64,000 bases of DNA from Clostridiales bacterium (lineage in GTDB: Bacteria; Bacillota; Clostridia; Lachnospirales; WRAX01), in assembly GCA_031265685.1 (NCBI GenBank), contig JAISCI010000045.1, positions 15,467-79,466 of the forward strand. Direction: 5' to 3'. Positions 30,921 through 40,640 of this stretch are shown here, piece by piece; positions within the stretch are counted from its first letter, which is position 1, and every line of letters starts with the position of its first letter. The notes beneath the pieces are model-generated. The model made no database searches, was not told the DNA's origin, and saw nothing but the letters and a program-made list of their open reading frames with translations. The position numbers and the translations under genes are program-made.

Positions 30921-31573
30921 CGCACCGCCAGTCCTACCGCTTTTTTGCGCTGCTCGTTGAATATATATTGGACGACTTTCTCCTGATCCAGCTTATTGAT
31001 GCCCGTGAACTGGATGCGGTACTGGTACTTATAGCTGGACTTCGGGAAGAACTGCTTGCCTAGGACGGTGCCGACTACGGCCAGGCAGTCGTCGCCAAGC
31101 ATCATTATGCACTTTATCCGGACGTCCTCGTCAACGGCCTCGTTCGATACGAACCGTATGCCGCCGCCGCCCAGATCCTTTATTATGCCCTCCGACACCG
31201 CTTTCGGCGAGCCGCCTTCGGGCAGCCTGGCGAACTTTATCGGTAAAAGACAAGGGTACCGAAAAAACTCGCGCCGCTGGACGCGCTCACCGCCCGACAG
31301 CAGCCGCGCGCGCATAAACAGGAAGGCGTTTTCCTTCGCGTAACTTATTATCTCCGAATCAAAGCGCACCATGCCGTGATCCGTGAAAATCAATAAGGAA
31401 TATTTTTCCGTAAGATTAAGCCGCACGTACTGCCCATACGAAATGGGCGCGTGGACCAGAAGCTCGCCGTCGTCCGGCGTGTCCTCCACCTGGCTTATGT
31501 AAATTTTCCCGGAGGGATCGCCGGGATCGGTTATTTCGATCCTGTCGCCGATCCCGATGAAGTTATACAGCAT
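30917..31573 (-). CDS. PilZ-domain flagellar brake protein (YcgR/MotI-like)
   Basis: 218 aa. PilZN-like N-terminal half, then the c-di-GMP motifs QRREFFR (RxxxR) and DLGGGGIRF (DxSxxG-like). Confidence 0.8.
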   Translation of the reverse strand: MLYNFIGIGDRIEITDPGDPSGKIYISQVEDTPDDGELLVHAPISYGQYVRLNLTEKYSLLIFTDHGMVRFDSEIISYAKENAFLFMRARLLSGGERVQRREFFRYPCLLPIKFARLPEGGSPKAVSEGIIKDLGGGGIRFVSNEAVDEDVRIKCIMMLGDDCLAVVGTVLGKQFFPKSSYKYQYRIQFTGINKLDQEKVVQYIFNEQRKKAVGLAVR

Positions 31574-31590
31574 AACAGTCGCCCCGTGTT

Positions 31591-31618
31591 ATACTAATCT
31601 CTTGACTGAGAATAGTAT
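31591..31618. repeat. minimal ATACT-type inverted repeat at the flhG|pilZ junction
   Basis: ATACTAATCTC-ttgact-GAGAATAGTAT (imperfect). The right end runs into the flhG stop (31618-31620). Confidence 0.5.
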
Positions 31619-32490
31619 TATCCGAATAATTTACTGATAAATCCAGCAAGGCCGCCGCGCTCCGGCGCGGACTGTCCGATCATGTCCATCGCGGCGGACC
31701 GCACCGCGCGGGTGAAAGCCGTGTCGGGATAGGCGATGGCGGCGGCCTGCCGCCGTTTTACCGCCCGCGCTACGTTCGGGTCGTTCGGCGCCCAGCCGAT
31801 AAGGCGCAGCGGCATCGAGAGGAACCGGCGCGAGGCGCGGTCCAGCCGCTCATAGACTCCGCGCGCCTCGCGCGCGTCTTCGGCGCGGTTCACAAACACG
31901 CTGAAATCGGGCCGCCGTCCCGGATCGGCCGCGCAGGCGGCCTTGATAAGGCCGTAGGCGTCGGCGACGGAGGTCGGCTCCGGCGTCGTCACGACGACGG
32001 TCTCGCCCGCCGCCGCAAGTACTCCCACTACGTTCTCCGATATGCCCGCGCCGGTGTCTATGATTATTATATCGGCGGTTCGGTCGAGAAACATAAAGCT
32101 TTGGATAACTTTATTCCTGGCGGCGTCGCCCATTCCCGGCCCGCCCGAGAAGCCCGAACCGCCCGAAATAAACCGCGCCCCGAGGGGGCCTTCGGTCAGA
32201 GCCATGCGTATGTCGGCGCGCCCGGCGCAGACGTCCCGCAAAGAATATTCCGGGACGACGCCCAGCAGTATCTCGATATTGGCAAGCCCGAAGTCCGCGT
32301 CGATAACGACGACACGTTTGCCGGCGGAAGCGAGTGTTATAGCCAGGTTCACCGTTATGTTCGACTTGCCGACGCCACCCTTGCCGCTGGCGACGGCGAC
32401 GACGCGCGCGGACGCGGACCGGCTGTCCGCGGGTTCGCGGAACGCCCGCTCCCTGATCGCGCTGCGCAAGCTCTCGGCCTGATCAGTCAT
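31618..32490 (-). CDS. flhG: MinD/ParA-family flagellar number regulator FlhG (YlxH)
   Basis: 290 aa with the deviant Walker A SGKGGVGKSN; position after flhF. Confidence 0.9.
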   Translation of the reverse strand: MTDQAESLRSAIRERAFREPADSRSASARVVAVASGKGGVGKSNITVNLAITLASAGKRVVVIDADFGLANIEILLGVVPEYSLRDVCAGRADIRMALTEGPLGARFISGGSGFSGGPGMGDAARNKVIQSFMFLDRTADIIIIDTGAGISENVVGVLAAAGETVVVTTPEPTSVADAYGLIKAACAADPGRRPDFSVFVNRAEDAREARGVYERLDRASRRFLSMPLRLIGWAPNDPNVARAVKRRQAAAIAYPDTAFTRAVRSAAMDMIGQSAPERGGLAGFISKLFG

Positions 32491-32492
32491 CG

Positions 32493-33599
32493 TTACACCT
32501 CACCCAATCCCAGAAGCGACTTCGCCGCCGCGTCCGGGCTTATCACCTTGATGTCGTCCGGAACCGACTGGCCGTTCGTTATATAGGCCACGCGCTTACC
32601 CGTCGCCCGGCATATATCGAGGATGGACCCGAGCCGCTCCGTCTCGTCGGCCTTTGTGAACACCAGGCGATAGTCGCATATCTCGCCGTAGGCCCGAGTT
32701 ATCGACTCCATATCCTCGCGCTGCGTGGCAAGGCTGAGCACAAGCAGCGTAAGCGCGCCGGGCGCCGCCGCCGCCATCGCCTTAAGTTCGGCCATATTCG
32801 CGCGGTTCTTGTGGGGCCTGCCCGCCGTGTCCACCAAGATTATGTCGCGTCCCGGCTTCATGGTCTCGATCAGTTCCGACAGCTCGGCGGCGGTGTACGC
32901 CACGCCCACTTCTATGCCGAGTATGTCCGCGTAAGTCTTCAGTTGGTCAACCGCCGCTATACGGTACGTATCCGCCGTTATCAGCCCTACGCGAAGCCCT
33001 TTGTTAAGGATGAAATCGGCGGTCAGCTTGGCTATCGTCGTGGTTTTGCCGACGCCCGTCGAGCCGACGAACATAACTACGAGCGGTTCCCCTGTCTTCG
33101 CGGCATACGTCTCGACCGGCGCCGGCGGCCCGATGGTCTGGACTATCTTGCTCATGACGACTTTCATCACGAACGGTATCGACAGCTCGCCCGTGTCGGA
33201 AGCGGCGTCCAGCTCGTCCAGCAGTTCCCGGGCCGCTCCGGGCGATACGCCGCGCGCCGTCAGCGTATCGTAAAACTTGGATATAACCGCGTCGCGGTAG
33301 CCGCCGCGCAGGCTGTCGGCATAGCGGAGCGCCCGGTCAAGCTCGGCGCGGGCCTCGTTCAGCTCGCGGTTCAGGTGTTCTATGCGCCGCTCGGAGTCCG
33401 GAGGGGGCGGCGCGGCGGCTTCCGCCAATCGTTCCTCATAGGCGGCGGTCACTTCCACTTTCTGCTTGCGCAGCGTCGCAAACAGCCCGGCGGGCTTCGC
33501 CTTCTTCGTGCTCAGTATCACGGCGTCGGGACCAAGCTCGTCCCGGATGTCGCGGTATATCTGCTTTTCGTCGTATCCCTCGAACTTGCGTATGCGCAT
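32493..33599 (-). CDS. flhF: flagellar biosynthesis SRP-like GTPase FlhF
   Basis: 368 aa with GSTGVGKTTTIAKL, DTAGR and TKADE motifs. Confidence 0.9.
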   Translation of the reverse strand: MRIRKFEGYDEKQIYRDIRDELGPDAVILSTKKAKPAGLFATLRKQKVEVTAAYEERLAEAAAPPPPDSERRIEHLNRELNEARAELDRALRYADSLRGGYRDAVISKFYDTLTARGVSPGAARELLDELDAASDTGELSIPFVMKVVMSKIVQTIGPPAPVETYAAKTGEPLVVMFVGSTGVGKTTTIAKLTADFILNKGLRVGLITADTYRIAAVDQLKTYADILGIEVGVAYTAAELSELIETMKPGRDIILVDTAGRPHKNRANMAELKAMAAAAPGALTLLVLSLATQREDMESITRAYGEICDYRLVFTKADETERLGSILDICRATGKRVAYITNGQSVPDDIKVISPDAAAKSLLGLGEV

Positions 33600-35644
33600 C
33601 AGGCTACGCTCACCATCCCTACCGATTGTATCTCCGCGCCCGGGTCAAGCTCGGAATAGCTCAGGACGACCAGATCGGGCGATACGTGTTCCACGAGCCG
33701 CTTGAAATAGAGCCGGACGACCGGCGAGGTCAGTATGATCGGCACAAGGCCCATACCGGTCAGCTTGGCCGTCTCCTTATTAAGCTTATCGTAGATCAGC
33801 TGCGTCCGCTTCGGGTCGAGCGACAGATACGCCCCCTGCTCGGTCTGCTGGACGCCGCCCATTATCTCCTGTTCCAGCGCCGGATCGAGCGTTATCACCG
33901 AATTGACGTCGCCGGACAGATACTTCTTCGATATGGCGCGTTTAAGCGCCTGCCGCGAGTATTCCGTCAGCATGTCCGCGTCGCGCGTCACGCGCGAGTA
34001 GTCCGCCAGCGTCTCGAGGATCGTGACCAGATCCCGGATAGACACGCCTTCTTTCAGCAGGTTCGCGAGCACCTTCTGCACCTCGCCCGCCGTCATAAGT
34101 TTCGGAACCAGCTCTTCCACGAGTACCGGATTCTTCTCCTTGACGTTGTTGATCAGCGTCTGCGTGTCCTGCCGCGTCAGAAGCTCGTGCAGGTTCGAGC
34201 GGATTACCTCCGTCAGGTGCGTCGCGATTATCGCGGGCGGATCGACGACGGTGTAGCCGTAGCTTTCGGCGCGCTCGCGCTGATTCTCGTTTATCCATAG
34301 CGCGGGCAGGCCCATGTACGGCTCGACGGTCTCGATGCCGTCGATCTCCTCCTCGACATATCCGGGGTTCATCGCCATGTAGTGGTCGAACATTATCTCG
34401 CCGCCCGCCGCGTCCACGCCCTTGATGAGTATGCGGTACTCGTTTGGGGCCAGCTTTATGTCGTCGCGCAGGCGGATGATCGGCACTACCGCGCCCAGCT
34501 CCAGCGCGATCTGCCGCCTTATCATAACAACCCTGTCGATCAGGTCGCCGCCCTGAGTGGACTCGACAAGCGGGATAAGCCCGTACCCGAATATCAGCAC
34601 GATAGGATCGACGTTTAAGAGCGACGTGACGTTCTCCGGACGGCGTATCTCCTCGGCCGCCGCGTCGTCAGTGGTTATTTCGGCTTCTATCATAGCCAGC
34701 TTCTGCGAATTGGAGAGGGACCAGCCGATATATATCAGCAGCAGCCCGAACGGCACGAAGAAGAACCATGGCAGCGGCGTGAATATCCCCAGCGCCGCCA
34801 GCGACACGCCCGTTATGATGAGGACGCGCGGCTGGCCGAAGATCTGTTTCGCGGCGGCTGTGGTTATGTCCGACCCGCTCGTCGCCTTCGTCACGAGTAT
34901 GCCCGTCGCCGTAGAGATGAGCAGCGCGGGGATCTGGCTGACAAGTCCGTCGCCGATCGTCATAATCGTGTAGACGTTCACAGCCTCCTCGAGCGGCAGC
35001 GGCGTGCCCGTCACTATGCCCGTGGCGCCTAGCGCTATGCCGCCGATGATGTTGACGGCGGTTATCAGTATGCCCGCTATGGCGTCGCCTTTGACGAATT
35101 TGGAAGCGCCGTCCATCGCGCCGTAGAAGTTCGATTCGTCCGAAATTTTCCTGCGGCGCTCTTTCGCGCCTTCCTCGTCGATCAGTCCGGCGTTCAGGTC
35201 GGCGTCTATCGCCATCTGCTTGCCGGGCATAGCGTCCAGCGTGAAACGCGCCGTGACCTCCGCCACGCGCTCGGAGCCTTTGGTGATAACCATAAAATTG
35301 ACTATGACAAGTATGATAAACACGATAATGCCGACGACGAGGTTGCCGCCGCCGACAAACCCGCCGAACGTCTCGATAACCTCGCCGGCGTAACCCGTGC
35401 CGAGCATAAGCCTGGTGGACGACAGGTTGAGCGCCAGCCGGAACAGAGTGGTGACGAGCAGCACCGTCGGGAACAGCGACATATCGAGCGGTTCCTTTGA
35501 ATACAGAGCGTCCAGCATTATGACCATCGACAGGCCGATGTTGACCATCAGCAGAAAGTCCATCAGCCACGAAGGCGGCGGGACAATCATAATAACGATT
35601 ACCCCGATTATGAATACGCCGAGTATCGATTCTTTCAGTTTCAC
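33599..35644 (-). CDS. flhA: flagellar export apparatus protein FlhA
   Basis: 681 aa. TM N-terminal domain, the FHIPEP-type loop (RFTLDAMPGKQMAIDADL) and a cytoplasmic C-terminal domain. Confidence 0.95.
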   Translation of the reverse strand: MKLKESILGVFIIGVIVIMIVPPPSWLMDFLLMVNIGLSMVIMLDALYSKEPLDMSLFPTVLLVTTLFRLALNLSSTRLMLGTGYAGEVIETFGGFVGGGNLVVGIIVFIILVIVNFMVITKGSERVAEVTARFTLDAMPGKQMAIDADLNAGLIDEEGAKERRRKISDESNFYGAMDGASKFVKGDAIAGILITAVNIIGGIALGATGIVTGTPLPLEEAVNVYTIMTIGDGLVSQIPALLISTATGILVTKATSGSDITTAAAKQIFGQPRVLIITGVSLAALGIFTPLPWFFFVPFGLLLIYIGWSLSNSQKLAMIEAEITTDDAAAEEIRRPENVTSLLNVDPIVLIFGYGLIPLVESTQGGDLIDRVVMIRRQIALELGAVVPIIRLRDDIKLAPNEYRILIKGVDAAGGEIMFDHYMAMNPGYVEEEIDGIETVEPYMGLPALWINENQRERAESYGYTVVDPPAIIATHLTEVIRSNLHELLTRQDTQTLINNVKEKNPVLVEELVPKLMTAGEVQKVLANLLKEGVSIRDLVTILETLADYSRVTRDADMLTEYSRQALKRAISKKYLSGDVNSVITLDPALEQEIMGGVQQTEQGAYLSLDPKRTQLIYDKLNKETAKLTGMGLVPIILTSPVVRLYFKRLVEHVSPDLVVLSYSELDPGAEIQSVGMVSVA

Positions 35645-35650
35645 GGGGCG

Positions 35651-36778
35651 TCATTCCTTGTCTTCTTGTCTCAATTTATATACGTAGGCCAGTATCTCCG
35701 CCACGGCCTTGTACAGCTTCGGCGGTATCTCCCGCCCTGTCTCGACTGTTTCGTAGAGCGTCCGGGCCAGCGGTTTGTCCTCATAGATAGTTACTCCGCA
35801 CTCCGCCGCTTTCTCGCGGATGCGCTTCGCCATCAGGTCCGCGCCCTTCGCCGTCACGGTCGGGGCTTTGTCCGAGTCGCGGTCGTACTTAAGCGCCACC
35901 GCCAATCGCGTCGGATTGGTTATAACGACGTCGGCGTGAGGAACGCTGAACATCATCCGGCGCATGGACATCTCGCGCATCTTCGACTTTATCTGCCCTT
36001 TTATCTGGGGGTTGCCTTCGGCCTGCTTCCATTCTTCCTTTACTTCCTGCTTAGTCATCCGCAGATCCTTAGCGTGCTTCAGCCGCGTGTACGTAATGTC
36101 CGCCGCCGCCACAATCAGATACCACGCTCCGACGGCCACGCCTAAGTCGCACGCCAGGCCGCCGACATACGCGGCGGCCTCGGCCAGGCCCATGTCGAGT
36201 ACGGCGAAAATCATTCCTTTTTCTTTATTAAGCGTAACATAGATAACTATCGCGATTATCCCGAATTTAGCCAGCGATTTAATCAGCTCGATAAGCGAGC
36301 GGAACGAGAACATCCGCTTGAACCCGGAGACGGGATTCAGCTTGGAGAACTTCGGCGTGATCGGCTTCGTGGTAGGTCTCCAGCCGACTTGTATGACGTT
36401 CGTAACCACGCCGACGGCTACGGCCGCGGCGAACAGCGGCGCGCATATGAGCGCGATCCGCGAAAGAAGATACCCGAAGTACCCGCCCAGCGCTGTTATG
36501 TTCAGGGAATCCTCGGCGTTCGCGATTATCCCGAAATGATAGTCAAAGACGCGCGCAAGCTCCACGTACATGTACGCGCCCATCACCCGGAGCGCCGCGA
36601 AAACGACGATAAACATCGCCGCCGTCGTCGCCTCGCGCGAGAGCGCCACCTGGCCTTCCTCGCGGGCTTTTTCCCGCTTCTTCGGCGTGGCCTTCTCGGT
36701 TCGCTCGCCGCCCTCGTCCGCGAAGAACGACAGACTGAGCGGGATCAGCGTCCCGCGCCTTAATTCCGCGTCCATCAC
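35651..36778 (-). CDS. flhB: flagellar export switch protein FlhB
   Basis: 375 aa with EKATPKKREKAREEGQV at the N-terminus and 4 TM segments. The autocleavage site reads NPTR (35906-35917) instead of NPTH. Confidence 0.95.
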   Translation of the reverse strand: MMDAELRRGTLIPLSLSFFADEGGERTEKATPKKREKAREEGQVALSREATTAAMFIVVFAALRVMGAYMYVELARVFDYHFGIIANAEDSLNITALGGYFGYLLSRIALICAPLFAAAVAVGVVTNVIQVGWRPTTKPITPKFSKLNPVSGFKRMFSFRSLIELIKSLAKFGIIAIVIYVTLNKEKGMIFAVLDMGLAEAAAYVGGLACDLGVAVGAWYLIVAAADITYTRLKHAKDLRMTKQEVKEEWKQAEGNPQIKGQIKSKMREMSMRRMMFSVPHADVVITNPTRLAVALKYDRDSDKAPTVTAKGADLMAKRIREKAAECGVTIYEDKPLARTLYETVETGREIPPKLYKAVAEILAYVYKLRQEDKE

Positions 36779-37566
36779 ATCAATCCCCGGAGCATTCGCG
36801 CCATGTAGTTCATTGCCGAATCATACGCCGACTGATACAGCCCGTAGAACGCGGGCATAACGAGGTACAGCACGGCCAGCCCCGCCATCAGCTTGATCGG
36901 CATACCGACGACGAACACGTTCATCTGCGGCACGGCCTTCGTCAGCAAGCCCAGCGCTATATCGACTATAAACACCGTCCCGACCACAGGCAGCGAAGCC
37001 CGGACGCCGAAGACGAGGAAATGCGACGTAACGGAAACGGCCGTCTCGAGCAGGCGCCCGTTTCCGATTATATCCGCCGAGCCTATCGGCAGAACCGAGA
37101 AACTTTCGGCCACGGCGCGGATCACGCCGCCAAGCCCGCCCGTCTCGATGAAGAACGCCAGAACCATCAGGTAGAACAGGTTGCCCGTTATCGGCACCTG
37201 TATGCTCGAGCCGGGGTCGAAGACAGATACCATCGAGAACCCGATCTGGAAATCCGCCAGCTGACCGATCAGATAGAAGGCGCTGAACACGGCGTACACC
37301 GCGAACGCCATGCAGAACCCCACGGCGAACTCCTTAAGCGCGATCACGGCGTATTCTATCGCCGCCGCGCCCGCTATGTCCGCGCCCGCCTCCGCCTTCG
37401 CGAACACCGCCGCGGCGATCAGGAACGCCGCGCCGACGCGTACAGCCGTCGGGATGTTAGATCCGGCGAAAACCGGAAGAATAACAAAAAAACCTACAAG
37501 GCGGATCATTACCAGAAGAAATACGTCGATATTGTCATAGAGCCACAGCAGACCGCCCGTGTCCAT
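36775..37566 (-). CDS. fliR: flagellar export apparatus protein FliR
   Basis: Polytopic membrane protein. ATG 37566 (MDTGGLLWLYDNIDVFLLVMIRL) is preferred to the ORF-track start 37644, which would overlap fliQ. Confidence 0.9.
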   Translation of the reverse strand: MDTGGLLWLYDNIDVFLLVMIRLVGFFVILPVFAGSNIPTAVRVGAAFLIAAAVFAKAEAGADIAGAAAIEYAVIALKEFAVGFCMAFAVYAVFSAFYLIGQLADFQIGFSMVSVFDPGSSIQVPITGNLFYLMVLAFFIETGGLGGVIRAVAESFSVLPIGSADIIGNGRLLETAVSVTSHFLVFGVRASLPVVGTVFIVDIALGLLTKAVPQMNVFVVGMPIKLMAGLAVLYLVMPAFYGLYQSAYDSAMNYMARMLRGLM

Positions 37567-37571
37567 CGCGC

Positions 37572-37844
37572 CTACCGAGCGATGTAGTTCCCGGCGTTCG
37601 ATATGACGCCCACCGTGAACGATTCCAGTATCGACCACATCCACGCGCCGAAGATATATATCCCGGCGAAAACGGCGAGGATCTTCGGCACAAACGCCAG
37701 CGTGGCCTCCTGAATACTCGTCACCGCCTGGAACACGCTGACGATAAGCCCGACCACCAGCCCCAGAAGCAGCGGCGGCGCGGACACCAGTATAACCGTA
37801 AATATAGAATCCTGCACAACTTTCAGAACGTCGCCGCCGGACAT
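37572..37844 (-). CDS. fliQ: flagellar export apparatus protein FliQ
   Basis: 90 aa, 2 TM; position between fliP and fliR. Confidence 0.9.
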   Translation of the reverse strand: MSGGDVLKVVQDSIFTVILVSAPPLLLGLVVGLIVSVFQAVTSIQEATLAFVPKILAVFAGIYIFGAWMWSILESFTVGVISNAGNYIAR

Positions 37845-37859
37845 GGCCGCCGCCCTTTC

Positions 37860-38657
37860 CTATTTGAACGTTTTAACCAGGTTCTGTATAACAAGGTTCC
37901 AGCCGTCCACCATAACGAACAGCAAAACCTTAAAAGGCAGCGAGATCATCGCGGGGGGCAGCATCATCATGCCCATGGCCATCAGCGTGGACGCCACGAC
38001 CATATCAATCACGATGAACGGCATATAGATGTAGAAACCGAACCGGAACCCCTTTGTTATCTCCCCGACGACGAACGACGGCAGCAGCACCGAGTCGGGT
38101 ATGTCCTCGGGCCGCTCGAACGTCTCCCCCGCCAACGAGGCGAACATCGCTACGTCCTTAGTCTCCACCTGCCGCAGCATGAACGCCCGGATAGGTTCCA
38201 TGCCGCGCCCGACCGCTTCCTCCTGCGTTATCTCCCCCGCCGTAAAAGGTTTTATCGCCGTCTCGTTGACGGCGGACAGCGTCGGGGACATAACGAAGAA
38301 CGTTATGAACAGCGCCAGTCCGATGAGTATCTGATTCGGGGGCATCTGCTGCGTGCCGAGCGCCGACCGGACGAAGTGCAACGCGATTATAACGCGCGTA
38401 AAGCTCGTAAACAGCAGCAGTATAAACGGCGCGATCGAGATGACCGCCAGCACGAGCAGCACCTGCAGGCTCGAGACGGTCTCAGCCGGCGTTTCGGCTT
38501 CCGATACGTTTATGGATACGTTCGGCAGCGGAGCGGCGAGCGCCTCCGCCCGCGACGCAAGCAGCGCCGCCAGCAGCAGGATGGCAAACACCGCCGCGAA
38601 CGCCGCGCGTCTGCTTAAGGTAATTCCGCGCGAACCAGGCGAAATTCTTATTTTCAT
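37860..38657 (-). CDS. fliP: flagellar export apparatus protein FliP
   Basis: 265 aa. Signal-like N-terminus, then FTSFTRVIIALHFVRSALGTQQMPPNQ typical of FliP. Confidence 0.95.
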   Translation of the reverse strand: MKIRISPGSRGITLSRRAAFAAVFAILLLAALLASRAEALAAPLPNVSINVSEAETPAETVSSLQVLLVLAVISIAPFILLLFTSFTRVIIALHFVRSALGTQQMPPNQILIGLALFITFFVMSPTLSAVNETAIKPFTAGEITQEEAVGRGMEPIRAFMLRQVETKDVAMFASLAGETFERPEDIPDSVLLPSFVVGEITKGFRFGFYIYMPFIVIDMVVASTLMAMGMMMLPPAMISLPFKVLLFVMVDGWNLVIQNLVKTFK

Positions 38658-39058
38658 GGCGCATCCCCGTTTCCGCCGCGCTTGCCCAGAAACCTTCCCC
38701 TGAACTCGCTCAGATACCGCTCGAACGTCTCCCTGCCGGGGCTTACCGGGTCGTCCTTAACGGAGTCCGCCGGCAGTTTCGCGATCAGCGACACGCCGTC
38801 CTTGCCCGCGCCCACGAGGAAGTACTCCCCGCCGGCCCGAACGAGCGCGACGTTCGCCCCCGGCGCGACCGCGGCCGATTCCAGCACGCGGACGTTCGCG
38901 CCGCTGGCGCCCGCGCGCGCCCTGGCGATCCATTTCGTGGAGTAGTACGCCAGAACCACGACGCCGGCGAAAACGATCAGAACGAACAGCGCCGAAAAGA
39001 ACCCCGCGACGGAATCCGCCGCTCCCGTGACAGTTGCCGCCAAGACCGGCATAGCCAT
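38654..39058 (-). CDS. fliO: flagellar protein FliO/FliZ
   Basis: 134 aa, single TM, position immediately before fliP. The ATG at 39052 has better SD spacing (AGGAAG). Confidence 0.7.
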   Translation of the reverse strand: MAMPVLAATVTGAADSVAGFFSALFVLIVFAGVVVLAYYSTKWIARARAGASGANVRVLESAAVAPGANVALVRAGGEYFLVGAGKDGVSLIAKLPADSVKDDPVSPGRETFERYLSEFRGRFLGKRGGNGDAP

Positions 39059-39062
39059 CTTC

Positions 39063-39428
39063 CTATCCGATAACTTTTTTCACGGCGTCGACGACGCGCT
39101 CCTGCTGGAACGGTTTCACGATGAAATCCTTCGCCCCGGCCTGTATGGCTTCGATAACCATAGACTGCTGCCCCATAGCCGAACACATTACGATAGTCGC
39201 GTTGGCGTCGGCGGCTTTGATCGCCCTCGTCGCCTCGATGCCGTTCATCTCGGGCATGGTTATATCCATCATAACCAATCCCGGGGACAGCGTCTTGTAC
39301 TGCTCGACGGCCTTCTGGCCGTTCTCGGCCTCGCCGACCACGTCGTAGCCGTTCTCCGTCAGTATTTTCTTCAGCATCATACGCATAACCGCCGCGTCGT
39401 CCACGAGCAGTACCGTTTTACCCGCCAT
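39063..39428 (-). CDS. cheY: chemotaxis response regulator CheY
   Basis: ATG 39428 (MAGKTVLLVDDAAVMR) with SD AAAGGGGTG. REC domain with the DITMPEMNG phospho-Asp context. Confidence 0.9.
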   Translation of the reverse strand: MAGKTVLLVDDAAVMRMMLKKILTENGYDVVGEAENGQKAVEQYKTLSPGLVMMDITMPEMNGIEATRAIKAADANATIVMCSAMGQQSMVIEAIQAGAKDFIVKPFQQERVVDAVKKVIG

Positions 39429-39451
39429 ACCGAGCACCCCTTTAAGTCAGG

Positions 39452-40486
39452 TTATATGATGTTAGCGTTAACAATTTCTGTTATTCTTATCCCAAAGTTC
39501 TCATCGACGACGACGACCTCGCCCTTCGCGACGCGCTTGCCGTTTACCAGCACGTCGATCGGATCCCCGGCCAGCTTGTCCAGCTCGACGACCGTGCCCG
39601 GCGAAAACTCGAGTATATCCTTGATCTTCCGCTGGGAACGCCCCAACTCGACCGTAACGTTCAGCTCCACGTCCATTATAAGCCCTATGTTCTCGCGCTG
39701 CCCCGACGGAACGGTCGCGTCGAAGCTCGCGAACTGCGCGGGCCGGGCGTTATACTGGCGCCGCGGCGCGGGGAGAGGAACAGCCGCCCGTTTCGGCGCG
39801 GACACCTCGGATGGCTCGGCGCCTCCCCGGATTATGTCCGCGATCCTCATAGCGAAATCATACGGCAATACCTGCATAATCTCGGAATCGACCAGCTTTC
39901 CGATCTCCATGCGAAACGCGATGCACACTACCTCGTCGTCCACGAACGGGATGTTCTCGGACACATCGGAGTCTGTCGCGTCGAGGATGAAGGCCATCGG
40001 CGTGTTGATGTCGATCCTCATGCCCACCAGCGAGGATATGCTGGTCGAGCTGGAACCGACCATCTGGTTCATGGCCTCGGATATGGCGGAAAGATCCAGA
40101 TCGTTAAGGTTCCTGTCCGCGTCCCGCTCGGGCGGGATACCCAGCATCAGGTTCGCGATAACCTTGACGTCCTTATTGCGGAGGATCAGGAGGTTCGAAC
40201 CCTCTATGCCCTCTTTGTAGTCCACCCTTATCCCGACGGACGGCCTCTCGTGCCCTTCGGGCAGGTCCCTCCAGCGGACGATGGAGACTTTCGGCGTCGT
40301 TATACATACCTTTTCGCCGAGAAGGGCGTAGAGCGTAGTGGCCGAGGTGCCCATCGTGATATTGCCGACTTCGCCCAGTATGTCCTTTTCGTCGTCCGTA
40401 AGGATTATATGGGGCGCCGCGCCGCTGTCGCCGCCATTGCCGCCCAAGAGCGCGTCTATTTCGTCCTGAGAAAGCATATCCGCCAC
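39452..40486 (-). CDS. fliY: flagellar motor switch phosphatase FliY (CheC-like plus FliN domains)
   Basis: 344 aa, GTG start. MADMLSQDEIDALL N-terminus, CheC-like middle, and a FliN-type C-terminus (VELDKLAGDPIDVLVNGKRVAKGEVVVVDENFGIRITE). Confidence 0.9.
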   Translation of the reverse strand: MADMLSQDEIDALLGGNGGDSGAAPHIILTDDEKDILGEVGNITMGTSATTLYALLGEKVCITTPKVSIVRWRDLPEGHERPSVGIRVDYKEGIEGSNLLILRNKDVKVIANLMLGIPPERDADRNLNDLDLSAISEAMNQMVGSSSTSISSLVGMRIDINTPMAFILDATDSDVSENIPFVDDEVVCIAFRMEIGKLVDSEIMQVLPYDFAMRIADIIRGGAEPSEVSAPKRAAVPLPAPRRQYNARPAQFASFDATVPSGQRENIGLIMDVELNVTVELGRSQRKIKDILEFSPGTVVELDKLAGDPIDVLVNGKRVAKGEVVVVDENFGIRITEIVNANII

Positions 40487-40498
40487 GGTTATCCCTCC

Positions 40499-40640
40499 TA
40501 TACTGTTTCAGAATTAAGGCTGGCGTTTGTTTTGCAAGGTTCGCGCCTATGAAGTTCACTTGGATGAATTTTGCGTGATTCAAGCAAAATTCTGTCACGC
40601 CTTGAAAACAAATGTCACTGTTTGACCTTAAACAGTATTA
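40499..40640. repeat. fold-back element at the fliM|fliY junction
   Basis: TATACTGTTTCAG (40499-40511) pairs with AAACAGTATTA (40630-40640, includes the fliM stop). Inner arms are GTTTGTTTTGCAAGG and CCTTGAAAACAAATG. Core is GAATTTTGC-gtgattcaa-GCAAAATTC at 40566-40592. Confidence 0.85.
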
